Source: Desulfobulbaceae bacterium
Lineage (GTDB): Bacteria > Desulfobacterota > Desulfobulbia > Desulfobulbales > Desulfobulbaceae
Reading direction: 5' to 3'
Length of the DNA stretch: 59,654 bases
Assembly: GCA_030613515.1 (NCBI GenBank)
Contig: JAUWLT010000001.1
Location: 1 to 59,654, forward strand
Shown here in pieces: positions 45,960-55,383 of this stretch. The first letter of the stretch is position 1; every line of letters begins with the position of its first letter. The position numbers were made by a program, and so were the translations under genes. The notes under the pieces are model-generated. The model did not search any database, was not told the origin of the DNA, and saw only the letters and a program-made list of their open reading frames with translations.

Positions 45960-46664
45960 GTGACTGAATCTGAAAAAGAACAGAAAATAGGCCTATTAGG
46001 CGGAACTTTTGATCCTGTACACGATGGACATCTTGCAATAGCCGGCAGGGCAGAAGAAGCGCTTTTATTGGACCGGGTTATCTTTATTCCTGCTGCTGAC
46101 CCTCCCCACAAAAAAAAGACAGATGCCTCCTACGGTCACCGGGTTGCCATGCTTGAGGCTGCTCTTGCCGGGGCAGGTGACTATAATAAAAAAAACACGA
46201 ATAAAAAGTTTGAAATTTCTCTTCTTGAGGCAGAGCGGGCAGCGCCTTCCTATACGGTTGACACCCTGCTTGAGCTGAAAAAACGATTGGTCGAGCAACA
46301 ATTTTATTTTATTATCGGAGCAGATTCACTCCTGGAATTGCATCTCTGGTATCGTTACCAGGAGCTGCCCGACTTGACCCACTTTATTGTTGTTGCCCGG
46401 CCCGGGATTTCCATACAGGAAATCAACCGGGCCATTGGAAGGTTGCCGGGACCTTTTATTTTTGATGAGTCGCAGCAGCAGTGGAGACGAAGTGATGGAG
46501 CGGAAATAGTTTACCTGGCTGATGTTTGCAAAAGTATATCTTCCTCCACAATTCGCATGCAGCTTGCTCAGGGACAGCGCCCGGACACAGTAGACAGGCG
46601 GGTACTTGATTATATTTTCGATCATAAGCTCTACCAGAGTGACAGCACCGGCAAGCAAGCCTGA
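45960..46664 (+). CDS. nadD: nicotinate-nucleotide adenylyltransferase
   Basis: IGLLGGTFDPVHDGHL (H/TxGH motif), ISSSTIR (ISSTxxR); GTG start. Confidence 0.9.
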   Translation: MTESEKEQKIGLLGGTFDPVHDGHLAIAGRAEEALLLDRVIFIPAADPPHKKKTDASYGHRVAMLEAALAGAGDYNKKNTNKKFEISLLEAERAAPSYTVDTLLELKKRLVEQQFYFIIGADSLLELHLWYRYQELPDLTHFIVVARPGISIQEINRAIGRLPGPFIFDESQQQWRRSDGAEIVYLADVCKSISSSTIRMQLAQGQRPDTVDRRVLDYIFDHKLYQSDSTGKQA

Positions 46665-46673
46665 GGATAAACG

Positions 46674-49600
46674 GTGACCACCACGTCCTATATAGCTGAT
46701 CTCCATATTCATTCTCTCTATTCCCGGGCCACCAGCAAGGCCAGTACCCTGCACGGTCTTGCTGCCTGGGCGGCCATCAAGGGAATTGATGTTGTCGGTA
46801 CCGGGGACTTCACCCATCCAGGCTGGTTTGCCCTTTTAACCGAAAATCTTGAACAGGCGGAACCTGGTTTTTTCAGATTAAAACAGCCCCCATCATTTGA
46901 AAAACTGGCACCCATCCTGCCGCCCGGCGTCCAGCCGGATACCTCGGGTATTCGTTTTGTGCTCAGTTCCGAGATAAGTTCCATTTACAAACGGGGCGGC
47001 AAGGTACGCAAGGTGCACAATATCCTGTTTGCACCTGATTTTAAATCGGTGCGCAAAATCAACACCACCCTGGCAGGAATCGGCAACCTGGAATCGGACG
47101 GCCGCCCCATCCTTGGCCTTGATTCTAAAATTCTGCTTGAAATTTTGCTGGAGAATGCACCGCAGGGCTTTCTGGTGCCGGCCCATATCTGGACCCCCTG
47201 GTTTTCCCTGTTTGGATCCAAATCCGGATTTGACGCCATTGAAGAATGTTTCGGGGACTTGAGCGAGCAGATCTTTGCCCTTGAAACCGGCCTCTCCTCA
47301 GACCCGGAAATGAACCGCTGCATCTCGGCCCTGGACCGGTTCTCTCTGATTTCCAACTCGGATTGCCATTCTCCATCCAAGCTGGGCAGGGAGGCCAATA
47401 TTTTTAATGGAGCTTTTGATTTTTTCAGCATGCAGGAGGCCATTCGGGATCCTGTTGATAAATCCGGCCACCAGAATTTTACAGCCACCATTGAATTTTA
47501 CCCGGAAGAGGGCAAGTATCACTGCGACGGCCACCGAAAATGCGGTGTCTGTTTTAAGCCGGACCAGACTGTGAAGGAGAAAGGGATCTGTCCGCAATGC
47601 GGCAGGCCGTTGACTATCGGTGTATTGTACAGGGTGATGGAGCTTGCCGACCGCAGTACACCGGTCTACCCGGACGGATCGCCGGCAGTACACAGCTTGG
47701 TGCCTCTGCCCGAATTGCTCGGCGAGCTGTTTAACTGCGGAGCTGCAACCAAAAAGGTAGCAGGGGTGTATGGCAAACTGATAAATGAATTCGGCTCTGA
47801 ATTCAATCTGCTTCTTAACACCCCCATCCCGGATATCAAATCAGCCTCCCCCATGCTTGGTGAAGCAATAGATAGGGTCAGGGAGAACAGGGTAATCCGT
47901 AAGCCCGGTTTTGACGGTGAGTTCGGGGTTATCAAGGTGTTCAGCGATGAGGAGAGAATCGGTTTTGGCGGTCAACTCAATCTTTTTGGAGTGACACCGA
48001 CTAAGCCGCGTAAAACAAAAGGTAAAAAGACCCCGGTTCGTATCAAGCAGACTACCCGGAAAACATTCCGTCAGTTGAAGAAACTCAACCCGGAACAACA
48101 GGCTGCGGTGGACAGTGCTGCAGCACGTATTATCGTAAAGGCCGGGCCCGGTACCGGTAAGACACATACCCTGGTACAGCGGGTCAATCGGTTGCTTGCC
48201 CAGCAGCAGAGCCCGATCACGGTAATCACCTTTACCAACAAAGCTGCTGAGGAAATCCGGCAGCGCCTTGCGAAAATGGGCAGCAGCAACCAGCCGTTTC
48301 GTGTTGATACTTTTCACGGATACTGTTTGCACTGGTTGCGTCGCCATGATCCTGATCTTCGGGTTGCCGGCCCGGAGATGCGCAGCCGGATGTTTGAGCG
48401 TGTCTACCCACGGATCAAAAACGTCCAGCGTAAAAAAATGCAGCGGGAGGCCGCTCTTTTCCTGTCCGATCAACCACAGTTGCCGGAAACCTTTCCCGGG
48501 TCGCTGCAACCCTTTTTCAATTCTCTCAGACAGCATAATCTGCTTGATCTTGATGAAGTTGTACCCGCCTGTACGACCCTGATCCATGATGATCCCTCTT
48601 TTGCAGATGAAATGCGGGCAGCGACTGGTCATCTGCTGGTTGATGAATTTCAGGATCTTAATGCAGGCCAGTATGAACTGGTACGGCTGCTGGCCAAGTC
48701 CTGTTCCATCTTTGCCATCGGCGACCCGGATCAGGCCATTTACGGATTTCGGGGTTCCAGGCCTGCCTGGTTTTATCGTTTCATAGAAGAGCAGAAACCG
48801 GAGGTCCATTCCCTGGTCACCAATTACCGCAGTGGATCAATTATTCTTAAAGCCGCCTCCAGGGTTATTGCTGCCAACCATGGTTTGGAAACTTCCAGGG
48901 TAACAGTTGCGGCCGGCACCAACCGTGGAGTAATTTATCATTACCTGGCTGCGGATGCCGGGGCAGAGGCCCGTTTTATTGCAGACCAGGTCCAGCAGCT
49001 TATCGGCGGTACCTCTCACCGGGAAATAGACCGACTTGGTAGTTCCGGGGGCAAGGGCCTGGCCCTGTCTGATATCGCCATCCTTTACCGAACCGGAAGA
49101 CAGGCTACTGTCATTGCCGAGGCCATGGCTAAGCGGTCCATTCCCTGTCAGGTGGTTGATATCCAGCCATTTTACCAGACAGGGGATGCTAAGATCATTT
49201 ACTTCTGGATCCTGCTTGCTGCCGGCATGATCGATAAGGCCGAGCTACTGTTCCTGTTTAGCCGGGAGCAGGGAATTGGTGTTCAGGGGCTGTCTGGACT
49301 GGAAAAAATTCTTGCAGATAACAGCAGTACTCCAATGGCTGATCTTGCTGACAAACCAAGCCTGCTGCCTACCCGCATCCGGAAAAAGGTAGCCGGATTC
49401 ACAGAACTTGGCGTACAACTTGTCCGTACTGCTAACCGGGAGACCGTTGCAGCCTGCATTGATGTGCTGCTTGATCGATACGGCATGGACAAGGATAATC
49501 CGGATCTAATACGGATGGGGCAACTGGCAGCCTCGGCTGTTTCGCTGCAATCTTTTGCTGATCATCTCCGGAAGTATCAGGATGCTGTTATCTATGATGA

Positions 49601-49961
49601 GCGGGCGGAAGCCGTATTGCTGGCTACCCTGCATGCCTCCAAGGGATTGGAATTCAAGGCGGTTTTTCTTGTCGGCTGTGAAGAAGGACTGCTGCCCCTG
49701 TCCCCCCGCACTCGTCTTGCGCCGGAAGTTGACAAAGAACATGTGCAGGAAGAACGAAGGCTCTTTTTTGTCGGCATGACCCGCGCGGCACGGGTGCTGT
49801 ACTTGTCAGGAGCTACTGAGCGGTACGGTTTTGAGTTAAGTGGAAAGCGAACACCTTCCCGTTTTCTGGCTGAGATACCTGAAGAACTGTTAAGCAGTCC
49901 CCTGGTGCGGACCCCAAAAAGAAGAAAAAAAACTTCGACCAAACAGTTGAGGTTGTTTTAA
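46674..49961 (+). CDS. fusion protein: EndoQ-like PHP phosphoesterase with Zn ribbon (COG1379 type) + UvrD/PcrA-type SF1 helicase
   Basis: N-terminal part: DLHIHSLYSRATS...GTGDFTHPGW and CDGHRKCGVCF...CPQCGRPLTIGVLYRV. A basic linker follows. C-terminal part: GPGTGKT, VDEFQD, GDPDQAIYGFRG, NYRS, TLHASKGLEF, VGMTRA. Confidence 0.75.
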   Translation: MTTTSYIADLHIHSLYSRATSKASTLHGLAAWAAIKGIDVVGTGDFTHPGWFALLTENLEQAEPGFFRLKQPPSFEKLAPILPPGVQPDTSGIRFVLSSEISSIYKRGGKVRKVHNILFAPDFKSVRKINTTLAGIGNLESDGRPILGLDSKILLEILLENAPQGFLVPAHIWTPWFSLFGSKSGFDAIEECFGDLSEQIFALETGLSSDPEMNRCISALDRFSLISNSDCHSPSKLGREANIFNGAFDFFSMQEAIRDPVDKSGHQNFTATIEFYPEEGKYHCDGHRKCGVCFKPDQTVKEKGICPQCGRPLTIGVLYRVMELADRSTPVYPDGSPAVHSLVPLPELLGELFNCGAATKKVAGVYGKLINEFGSEFNLLLNTPIPDIKSASPMLGEAIDRVRENRVIRKPGFDGEFGVIKVFSDEERIGFGGQLNLFGVTPTKPRKTKGKKTPVRIKQTTRKTFRQLKKLNPEQQAAVDSAAARIIVKAGPGTGKTHTLVQRVNRLLAQQQSPITVITFTNKAAEEIRQRLAKMGSSNQPFRVDTFHGYCLHWLRRHDPDLRVAGPEMRSRMFERVYPRIKNVQRKKMQREAALFLSDQPQLPETFPGSLQPFFNSLRQHNLLDLDEVVPACTTLIHDDPSFADEMRAATGHLLVDEFQDLNAGQYELVRLLAKSCSIFAIGDPDQAIYGFRGSRPAWFYRFIEEQKPEVHSLVTNYRSGSIILKAASRVIAANHGLETSRVTVAAGTNRGVIYHYLAADAGAEARFIADQVQQLIGGTSHREIDRLGSSGGKGLALSDIAILYRTGRQATVIAEAMAKRSIPCQVVDIQPFYQTGDAKIIYFWILLAAGMIDKAELLFLFSREQGIGVQGLSGLEKILADNSSTPMADLADKPSLLPTRIRKKVAGFTELGVQLVRTANRETVAACIDVLLDRYGMDKDNPDLIRMGQLAASAVSLQSFADHLRKYQDAVIYDERAEAVLLATLHASKGLEFKAVFLVGCEEGLLPLSPRTRLAPEVDKEHVQEERRLFFVGMTRAARVLYLSGATERYGFELSGKRTPSRFLAEIPEELLSSPLVRTPKRRKKTSTKQLRLF

Positions 49962-49962
49962 C

Positions 49963-51633
49963 ATGCTGATAAAACAGGAAAAACAGCTGAGAGACAAAAT
50001 CAGCCATCTTGAAGAAAAAATCCAGCTGCTGGAAAAGAACCGTATAATCCTGGAGCGTAAGGCCCGACAGGCAGACTCTGCAAGCAAAGCCAAATCCGAC
50101 TTCCTGGCCATGGTCAGCCATGAGATCCGGACTCCAATGAACGGGGTGATCGGGCTCAGCGAGTTACTCCTTGAAACCAAACTTGAATCCCGCCAGAAAC
50201 AGTTTGCTGAGCTGATTCTGTCCTCGGCCCGTAATCTTCTAACCCTGATCAACAGCCTGCTCGACTTCAGCAAAATTGAAGCTGACAAGATGACCCTTGA
50301 TATCAAGCCCTTTAACCTCAGGGAATTGTTAGATGAAATCGTACCGCTGTACGAGCTGGCCGGAAAACGCAAGGGGGTAGAGGTAAACCTGGAAGTTGAT
50401 CCTGGTCTTGCAGAGTGTTACCTCGGCGATGCGTATCGTATCCGACAGATACTGGTCAACCTGCTTGGTAATGGTATTAAATTCACTGATCGTGGTTCGG
50501 TACAGCTCAGCGTGGTTCTGGAAAAGAAAAAAGATCCCGGCTTGATTCGTTTCACCATAACCGACAGCGGCCCCGGTATCCCCGAGGACAAACAGGATCG
50601 GCTGTTTGTTGCCTTTTCCCAGGTCGATAATTCTTCCACTCGTCAATACAGCGGGACAGGACTTGGCCTGTCGATCTGCAAAAAGCTGGTTGAACTTATG
50701 GATGGTACTCTTGATTTCAGTTCACGGGTCGGGCAGGGTAGTTCTTTCTGGTTTACGCTTCGTCTTGTCAGGCCGGAAACAGTCGAAACGAAACTGCAGC
50801 CGGACAATTCTGTTCCAGTCCCGCCTATGACGGACAATCAGGATCCAGGCGGGGGCAGTAATTTCCCCCGAATCCTGATTGTGGACGATGATGAGACCAA
50901 TCGCATGGTGCTGGAAGAAATCTTCCGAAAAACCGATGCATTAATTGTTTCTGCCGAAAACGGTGAGCAGGCTGTCCAGTTCTGCAGGCAATTGCCTTTT
51001 GATCTCATTCTGATGGACTGTCGCATGCCGGTCATGGATGGTTTTGAGGCCACTGCACGTATCAGAAAGCAACTCAGGACAGTCGGCAGTACAACCATGG
51101 TGATCATAGCACTCACAGCAGACGCCACCATGGCGACTGAAAAAAAATGCAGGCAGGTCGGCATGGATGGTTATCTCTTGAAACCTCTTGATACCACCCA
51201 GCTACAAAAAGTGCTTGATGCCCGGCTGCCTGATTTTAATCTTGCTATCCTGCCTGAACATGCAGACTCAGCCGGTCGGAATTCCCTCCAAAATACAGAG
51301 GAGGCCGCAGTCGACCATGCAACACTTGAAGAACTTTGCCGGACCATCGATAATATTAAACCCGTTATTACCATCTTTCTCAACCTGTTGCCCCGCCGCC
51401 TGAAAAAGTTGGAAAAGGCTGTCCAGAAGCAGGACAGTACGGAAATTGCGAGTATTGCCCATACCCTTAGAGGCAGTTGCAGCCAGTTTGGAGCCTACGG
51501 ATTAGCTGAACTGTGCTCACAGGCCGAGGACATGGCCCGGGATCATAATTTAACCGTGATCAAACAACAGTATGACAGAATTTATCGAACTGCCGGGGAA
51601 GTCAGTGTTATTTTACAAGAAAAACTTGATTAA
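49963..51633 (+). CDS. sensor-less hybrid histidine kinase (coiled coil - HisKA - HATPase - REC - Hpt)
   Basis: Only a ~45-aa coiled coil precedes the H-box SHEIRTPMNGVIG. DSGPGI, GTGLGLSIC; REC DLILMDCRMPVMDG; Hpt AHTLRGSCSQFG. It starts 1 nt after the upstream stop. Confidence 0.88.
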   Translation: MLIKQEKQLRDKISHLEEKIQLLEKNRIILERKARQADSASKAKSDFLAMVSHEIRTPMNGVIGLSELLLETKLESRQKQFAELILSSARNLLTLINSLLDFSKIEADKMTLDIKPFNLRELLDEIVPLYELAGKRKGVEVNLEVDPGLAECYLGDAYRIRQILVNLLGNGIKFTDRGSVQLSVVLEKKKDPGLIRFTITDSGPGIPEDKQDRLFVAFSQVDNSSTRQYSGTGLGLSICKKLVELMDGTLDFSSRVGQGSSFWFTLRLVRPETVETKLQPDNSVPVPPMTDNQDPGGGSNFPRILIVDDDETNRMVLEEIFRKTDALIVSAENGEQAVQFCRQLPFDLILMDCRMPVMDGFEATARIRKQLRTVGSTTMVIIALTADATMATEKKCRQVGMDGYLLKPLDTTQLQKVLDARLPDFNLAILPEHADSAGRNSLQNTEEAAVDHATLEELCRTIDNIKPVITIFLNLLPRRLKKLEKAVQKQDSTEIASIAHTLRGSCSQFGAYGLAELCSQAEDMARDHNLTVIKQQYDRIYRTAGEVSVILQEKLD

Positions 51634-51687
51634 TTTTTATGATTCCCGCACAATAGAATCAAACACCTTTTTCAAACCGATTATGAC

Positions 51688-53037
51688 ATGGACACTTTTT
51701 CTTTTCAGGGGATCACCCCATCTATTCTGCTTGTTGATGACGACGAAGTAGTCCGCTTGCTGCTGCATCAGTTTTTAGAGGGTGCCGGTTATCATGTGGT
51801 GGAAGCGGAAGACGGTCACCAGGCACTGGACAAAGTTGCTAACAATGGCTTTGACCTGGTAATTATGGACATTGCCATGCCGGGAATAGACGGTCCTGCG
51901 GTATGCGAGCAGATGCGTACCACCATGGATAATCCCCCACCGGTGTTGATGATTACAGCCTTTGATGATGAGGACAGTGTTGACAGATCCTTCAAGGCCG
52001 GTGCTGTCGACTATATCGGCAAGCCCATTCGTTGGTCGGTGCTGAAAAACCGTATCCGCTATATCATCGGTTCGTATCGTTCCAAGCTTGAAATGGAAAA
52101 CATTTCCAGAAATTACGAGTTGATTTTGAACGCAGCAGCCAACGGCATCTGTGGACTTGATAAAAGACGTAAAATCAATTATATCAACCCAGCAGCGCTG
52201 GAAATGCTAGGTTTTGAACGTTCCGAGATGATCGGTCGCCCCTATCATGAAGTGTTCCGGCTATCAATGCCGAACACTGAGAATTTTGATCTGGACTGTT
52301 GTCCTTATTTTGAAAATTCCGACAACCGAACCTCATTGCATTATGATGAGATACGGCTGTTGCGAGACGATGGAACCAGTTTTCCGGCAGACTTCAGATC
52401 CACCCCTATCGTGCAGGGAAAGAAACTTGCAGGAGCCGTCCTCGTCTTCCAGGACATAACAGAACGGCAACAGGCAGCGGAACTTATCCGTTTCATGGCA
52501 AATCACGATTCCCTGACCAGTCTGCCCAATAGAAATTATTTCCGTAAACGGTTGCCCCAGGCCATCTCACTGACACAACGCTACGGCCGACAACTCTTTC
52601 TGCTGTTTATCGACCTGGATCGCTTTAAGCCCATCAATGACACCTACGGTCATGGCGTAGGAGATATGGTACTGGTGGAAGTGGCCCGACGGTTGACCTC
52701 CATGCTCCGTTCCTCGGATTCAGTCTGCAGGCTCGGAGGTGATGAGTTTGTTATCCTGCTGGAGAGTACGGATACGTTTGAAGGCGCGGAAAAAGTTGCC
52801 GGCAAGACCATTAACCTGCTCAATGAGCCAATTGAGGTCGATGATCACATCTGCTACATCGGGGCAAGTGTGGGAATCAGTGTCTTTCCCAATGACAGTC
52901 AGGATGCGGAGACCATGCTCCGTCACGGCGATATCGCCATGTACCAGGCAAAGAAAAAAGGCCGTAACTGCTGGGTTCTGTATCAGGAAGAAAAGAAAGA
53001 GGGAAAAGTGAAGAGGGAAGAGGGAACAGACTGGTAG
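51688..53037 (+). CDS. REC - PAS - GGDEF response regulator (diguanylate cyclase)
   Basis: DLVIMDIAMPGIDG, a PAS domain, and an intact RSSD-x5-GGDEF (I-site plus A-site). Confidence 0.9.
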   Translation: MDTFSFQGITPSILLVDDDEVVRLLLHQFLEGAGYHVVEAEDGHQALDKVANNGFDLVIMDIAMPGIDGPAVCEQMRTTMDNPPPVLMITAFDDEDSVDRSFKAGAVDYIGKPIRWSVLKNRIRYIIGSYRSKLEMENISRNYELILNAAANGICGLDKRRKINYINPAALEMLGFERSEMIGRPYHEVFRLSMPNTENFDLDCCPYFENSDNRTSLHYDEIRLLRDDGTSFPADFRSTPIVQGKKLAGAVLVFQDITERQQAAELIRFMANHDSLTSLPNRNYFRKRLPQAISLTQRYGRQLFLLFIDLDRFKPINDTYGHGVGDMVLVEVARRLTSMLRSSDSVCRLGGDEFVILLESTDTFEGAEKVAGKTINLLNEPIEVDDHICYIGASVGISVFPNDSQDAETMLRHGDIAMYQAKKKGRNCWVLYQEEKKEGKVKREEGTDW

Positions 53038-53065
53038 CTGCCACTTTTACCTCTTCCCTTTTCCC
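53001..53065. terminator. imperfect purine/pyrimidine hairpin between convergent genes (bidirectional terminator candidate)
   Basis: GGGAAAAGTGAAGAGGGAAGAGGG (53001-53024) pairs with CACTTTTACCTCTTCCCTTTTCCC (53042-53065), with 20 of 24 positions complementary. The left arm encodes the last residues of the GGDEF protein. Confidence 0.5.
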
Positions 53066-53067
53066 TG

Positions 53068-53523
53068 TTATTTTCCTTGGGCAATGGTCCTGATAATATC
53101 GGACTTGCCGATAACGCCCACAAGTTCATTTCCGTCCAGTACGGGCAGAGTGTGGACCTTTTTTTCAGCCATCAGGGTGGCAACTTCATCCAGTGACGTG
53201 TCCTGCTGCACAGTGATGATTTCCCGGGCAAAGATGTCACTTACCTTTGTCCCCGCAATCTTTTTCATCTCTTTTTCCATCTTTTCCGGGTTTTCAAGAA
53301 AGAAAAAAGCGTCCAGGATAGCCACCGTGGTGGGAATATGTACTTTTTTGTTCTGGTAAATAAGGTCACTTTCCGTGACCACCCCGATGACTTTTGACTG
53401 ATCGTCAACCACCGGTGCACCGCTGATCGTGTTCTCAGAAAAAATTTTTGCCAATTCACGCACAGGGGTCTCGCTGGTCACCGTGATGACATCTGTGCTC
53501 ATAAGTTCTTTTGCCGTTAACAT
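53068..53523 (-). CDS. CBS-pair domain protein
   Basis: 151 aa. Two CBS motifs: MSTDVITV...GAPVVD...GVVTESDL and ITV...HTLPVLD...GVIGKSDI. Confidence 0.85.
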   Translation of the reverse strand: MLTAKELMSTDVITVTSETPVRELAKIFSENTISGAPVVDDQSKVIGVVTESDLIYQNKKVHIPTTVAILDAFFFLENPEKMEKEMKKIAGTKVSDIFAREIITVQQDTSLDEVATLMAEKKVHTLPVLDGNELVGVIGKSDIIRTIAQGK

Positions 53524-53552
53524 AGGTTCTCCTTTTATTTATACCCGTTTTC

Positions 53553-55148
53553 TTAGTTTGTTTGATAGTGAACCATCTTTTGGGCTGCCGATGGTAGTGC
53601 AGCTGCGACGTCTGATGCCAGGTAGCCATACGGTTGCTTTTCAGCCAGCAGATCCGCAGCCAGTCCATGCATATAGACGCCGATCCCTGCTGCGTCCCAA
53701 GGAGAATATCCCTGAACAACCAGGCCGCCGATAAGGCCGGACAGGACATCACCCATGCCGCCGGTTGCCATGCCGTTGTTGCCGCTGCTGTTTATTGCCC
53801 ATCCGCTCCTGTTTGAACAGACTACAGTGCCGGCTCCCTTAAGAACCGTGACAATTTCATGATCATTTTGGACCTGCACATCACTCAGCCAGTTTGCAGC
53901 ATGGAGCCGGTCTGCCTGGATTTCTGCAGTACTGCATCCGGTCAGCCGGGCCATCTCACCGGGATGGGGCGAAAGGATACGTGGTCCACCAGCAGCTGCA
54001 ATAGCCTCAGGTTCCAAGGCCAGCAGATTGAGAGCATCAGCATCCACAACCATGGGCAGGTGCAGCTCGCTGTACAGTCGTCGTACAAGTGCACCGGTAT
54101 CAGGATCAGTCCCTATGCCCGGGCCGAGAACCAGCGCACCTTTTCCGGCAAGTAGATTTATTATCAAATCATGATCAGCCATGGAAAATGTCTTGTCTGA
54201 ACAGGGCAGGGGGACAGTCATGGCCTCGGGCAGGCTGGTCTCAAAGATCGTGTTCAGCTCAGTTGGTACGGCCAGAGTAACCAGGCCACAACCGCTTTGC
54301 AGAGCTGCCTGGCCACTGAGTATGGCCGCACCGGTCTTGCCCTCGGACCCGGCCAGAATGAGCAGGTGGCCGAAACTGCCTTTATGGGTTGCCTTGTGGC
54401 GTGGCAGTAACAGCTTGCCGGTGTCCTTGTCAAGAACTTTACCCGGAAGGGATGCAGCCTCAATAACCTGCCGGGGAATGGTGATGTCAACGACTGCCAG
54501 TCTACCGATGGTTGGTCCGCCATGCATATAATGGCCGGGCTTTGCAAGTCCATAGGTAACAGTTAAATCAGCCTGTACGCTGCAGCCTAATGTTTCGCCG
54601 GTGTCGGCGGAAAGACCGGAGGGGATATCCACGACCGTAACCGGCCATTTATGTTCATGGGAGAGTTTATTAATTAACCGGACAACTTTCGCAAAGCGTC
54701 CTTCCAGCTTTCGCTTCAACCCGGTACCAAACAGGGCGTCAACCAGACAGTGGACAGGGTGCGCGAAATGAAGATTTTTTATCTGTCCCAAGAGCTGCGA
54801 AATAGTATCTTCCTGTAGCACAACCATGTTCGGGAGATCGATTGTATTGCATACAGCTGCATTAATACCCGCATCACCGCTTAATGTTTCAGGCGTCACA
54901 AGGTAGACAAGATAAGGAAATCCACCACGCTGGAGTACATGACGAGCGATCACCAACCCGTCACCGCCATTATTGCCGGGTCCAATAAAAATAATGACGG
55001 ATTTCTCCCGAACAGGTCCAAACTTCTGCTCCATCTGATCAACTGTGCCCAGGCCGGCATTTTCCATAAGCACGACACCTGGAATCCCGATCTCTTTGAT
55101 GGCTGTCTGATCCAGGGCCTGCATCTGAGTTGAGGTTGCAAGTTTCAT
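53553..55148 (-). CDS. nnr: bifunctional NAD(P)H-hydrate repair enzyme (epimerase / ADP-dependent dehydratase)
   Basis: N-terminal part: IFIGPGNNGGDG (YjeF_N). C-terminal part: GHLLILAGSEGKTGAA, GGMGDVLSG (carbohydrate-kinase fold). ATG at 55148 is preferred; the 17-codon GTG extension runs into a repeat hairpin. Confidence 0.9.
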   Translation of the reverse strand: MKLATSTQMQALDQTAIKEIGIPGVVLMENAGLGTVDQMEQKFGPVREKSVIIFIGPGNNGGDGLVIARHVLQRGGFPYLVYLVTPETLSGDAGINAAVCNTIDLPNMVVLQEDTISQLLGQIKNLHFAHPVHCLVDALFGTGLKRKLEGRFAKVVRLINKLSHEHKWPVTVVDIPSGLSADTGETLGCSVQADLTVTYGLAKPGHYMHGGPTIGRLAVVDITIPRQVIEAASLPGKVLDKDTGKLLLPRHKATHKGSFGHLLILAGSEGKTGAAILSGQAALQSGCGLVTLAVPTELNTIFETSLPEAMTVPLPCSDKTFSMADHDLIINLLAGKGALVLGPGIGTDPDTGALVRRLYSELHLPMVVDADALNLLALEPEAIAAAGGPRILSPHPGEMARLTGCSTAEIQADRLHAANWLSDVQVQNDHEIVTVLKGAGTVVCSNRSGWAINSSGNNGMATGGMGDVLSGLIGGLVVQGYSPWDAAGIGVYMHGLAADLLAEKQPYGYLASDVAAALPSAAQKMVHYQTN

Positions 55149-55192
55149 GGTTGTAGCGTACTCTTTGTTATATTGATGACAATAGATGTATT

Positions 55193-55261
55193 GAACCACG
55201 GATGCAGCAGATTATGAAGATGAGAAATAATCAGTGTTTTTTTTGTTTTCATCCGTGGTTC
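55193..55261. repeat. REP-like hairpin GAACCACGGATG ... CATCCGTGGTTC
   Basis: 12-bp perfect arms (55193-55204 with 55250-55261) and a 45-nt loop. The 15-mer ATTGAACCACGGATG recurs at 21577-21591. Confidence 0.7.
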
Positions 55262-55383
55262 TGCAATTCTTATCATATAGTAAAAGTATATACTCTTTCC
55301 AGGTGAACGGCAAATCTAACCTATCACAGGGGTTGAAACTACGTGGCAGCACAAACCTTTAAGATCTAAACCGGCAACGAATT

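Noticed and set aside
55149-55199. GTG-initiated 17-codon extension of nnr
   Set aside because: It overlaps the GAACCACGGATG repeat arm. The downstream ATG gives the canonical MKLATSTQMQALD… YjeF_N start.
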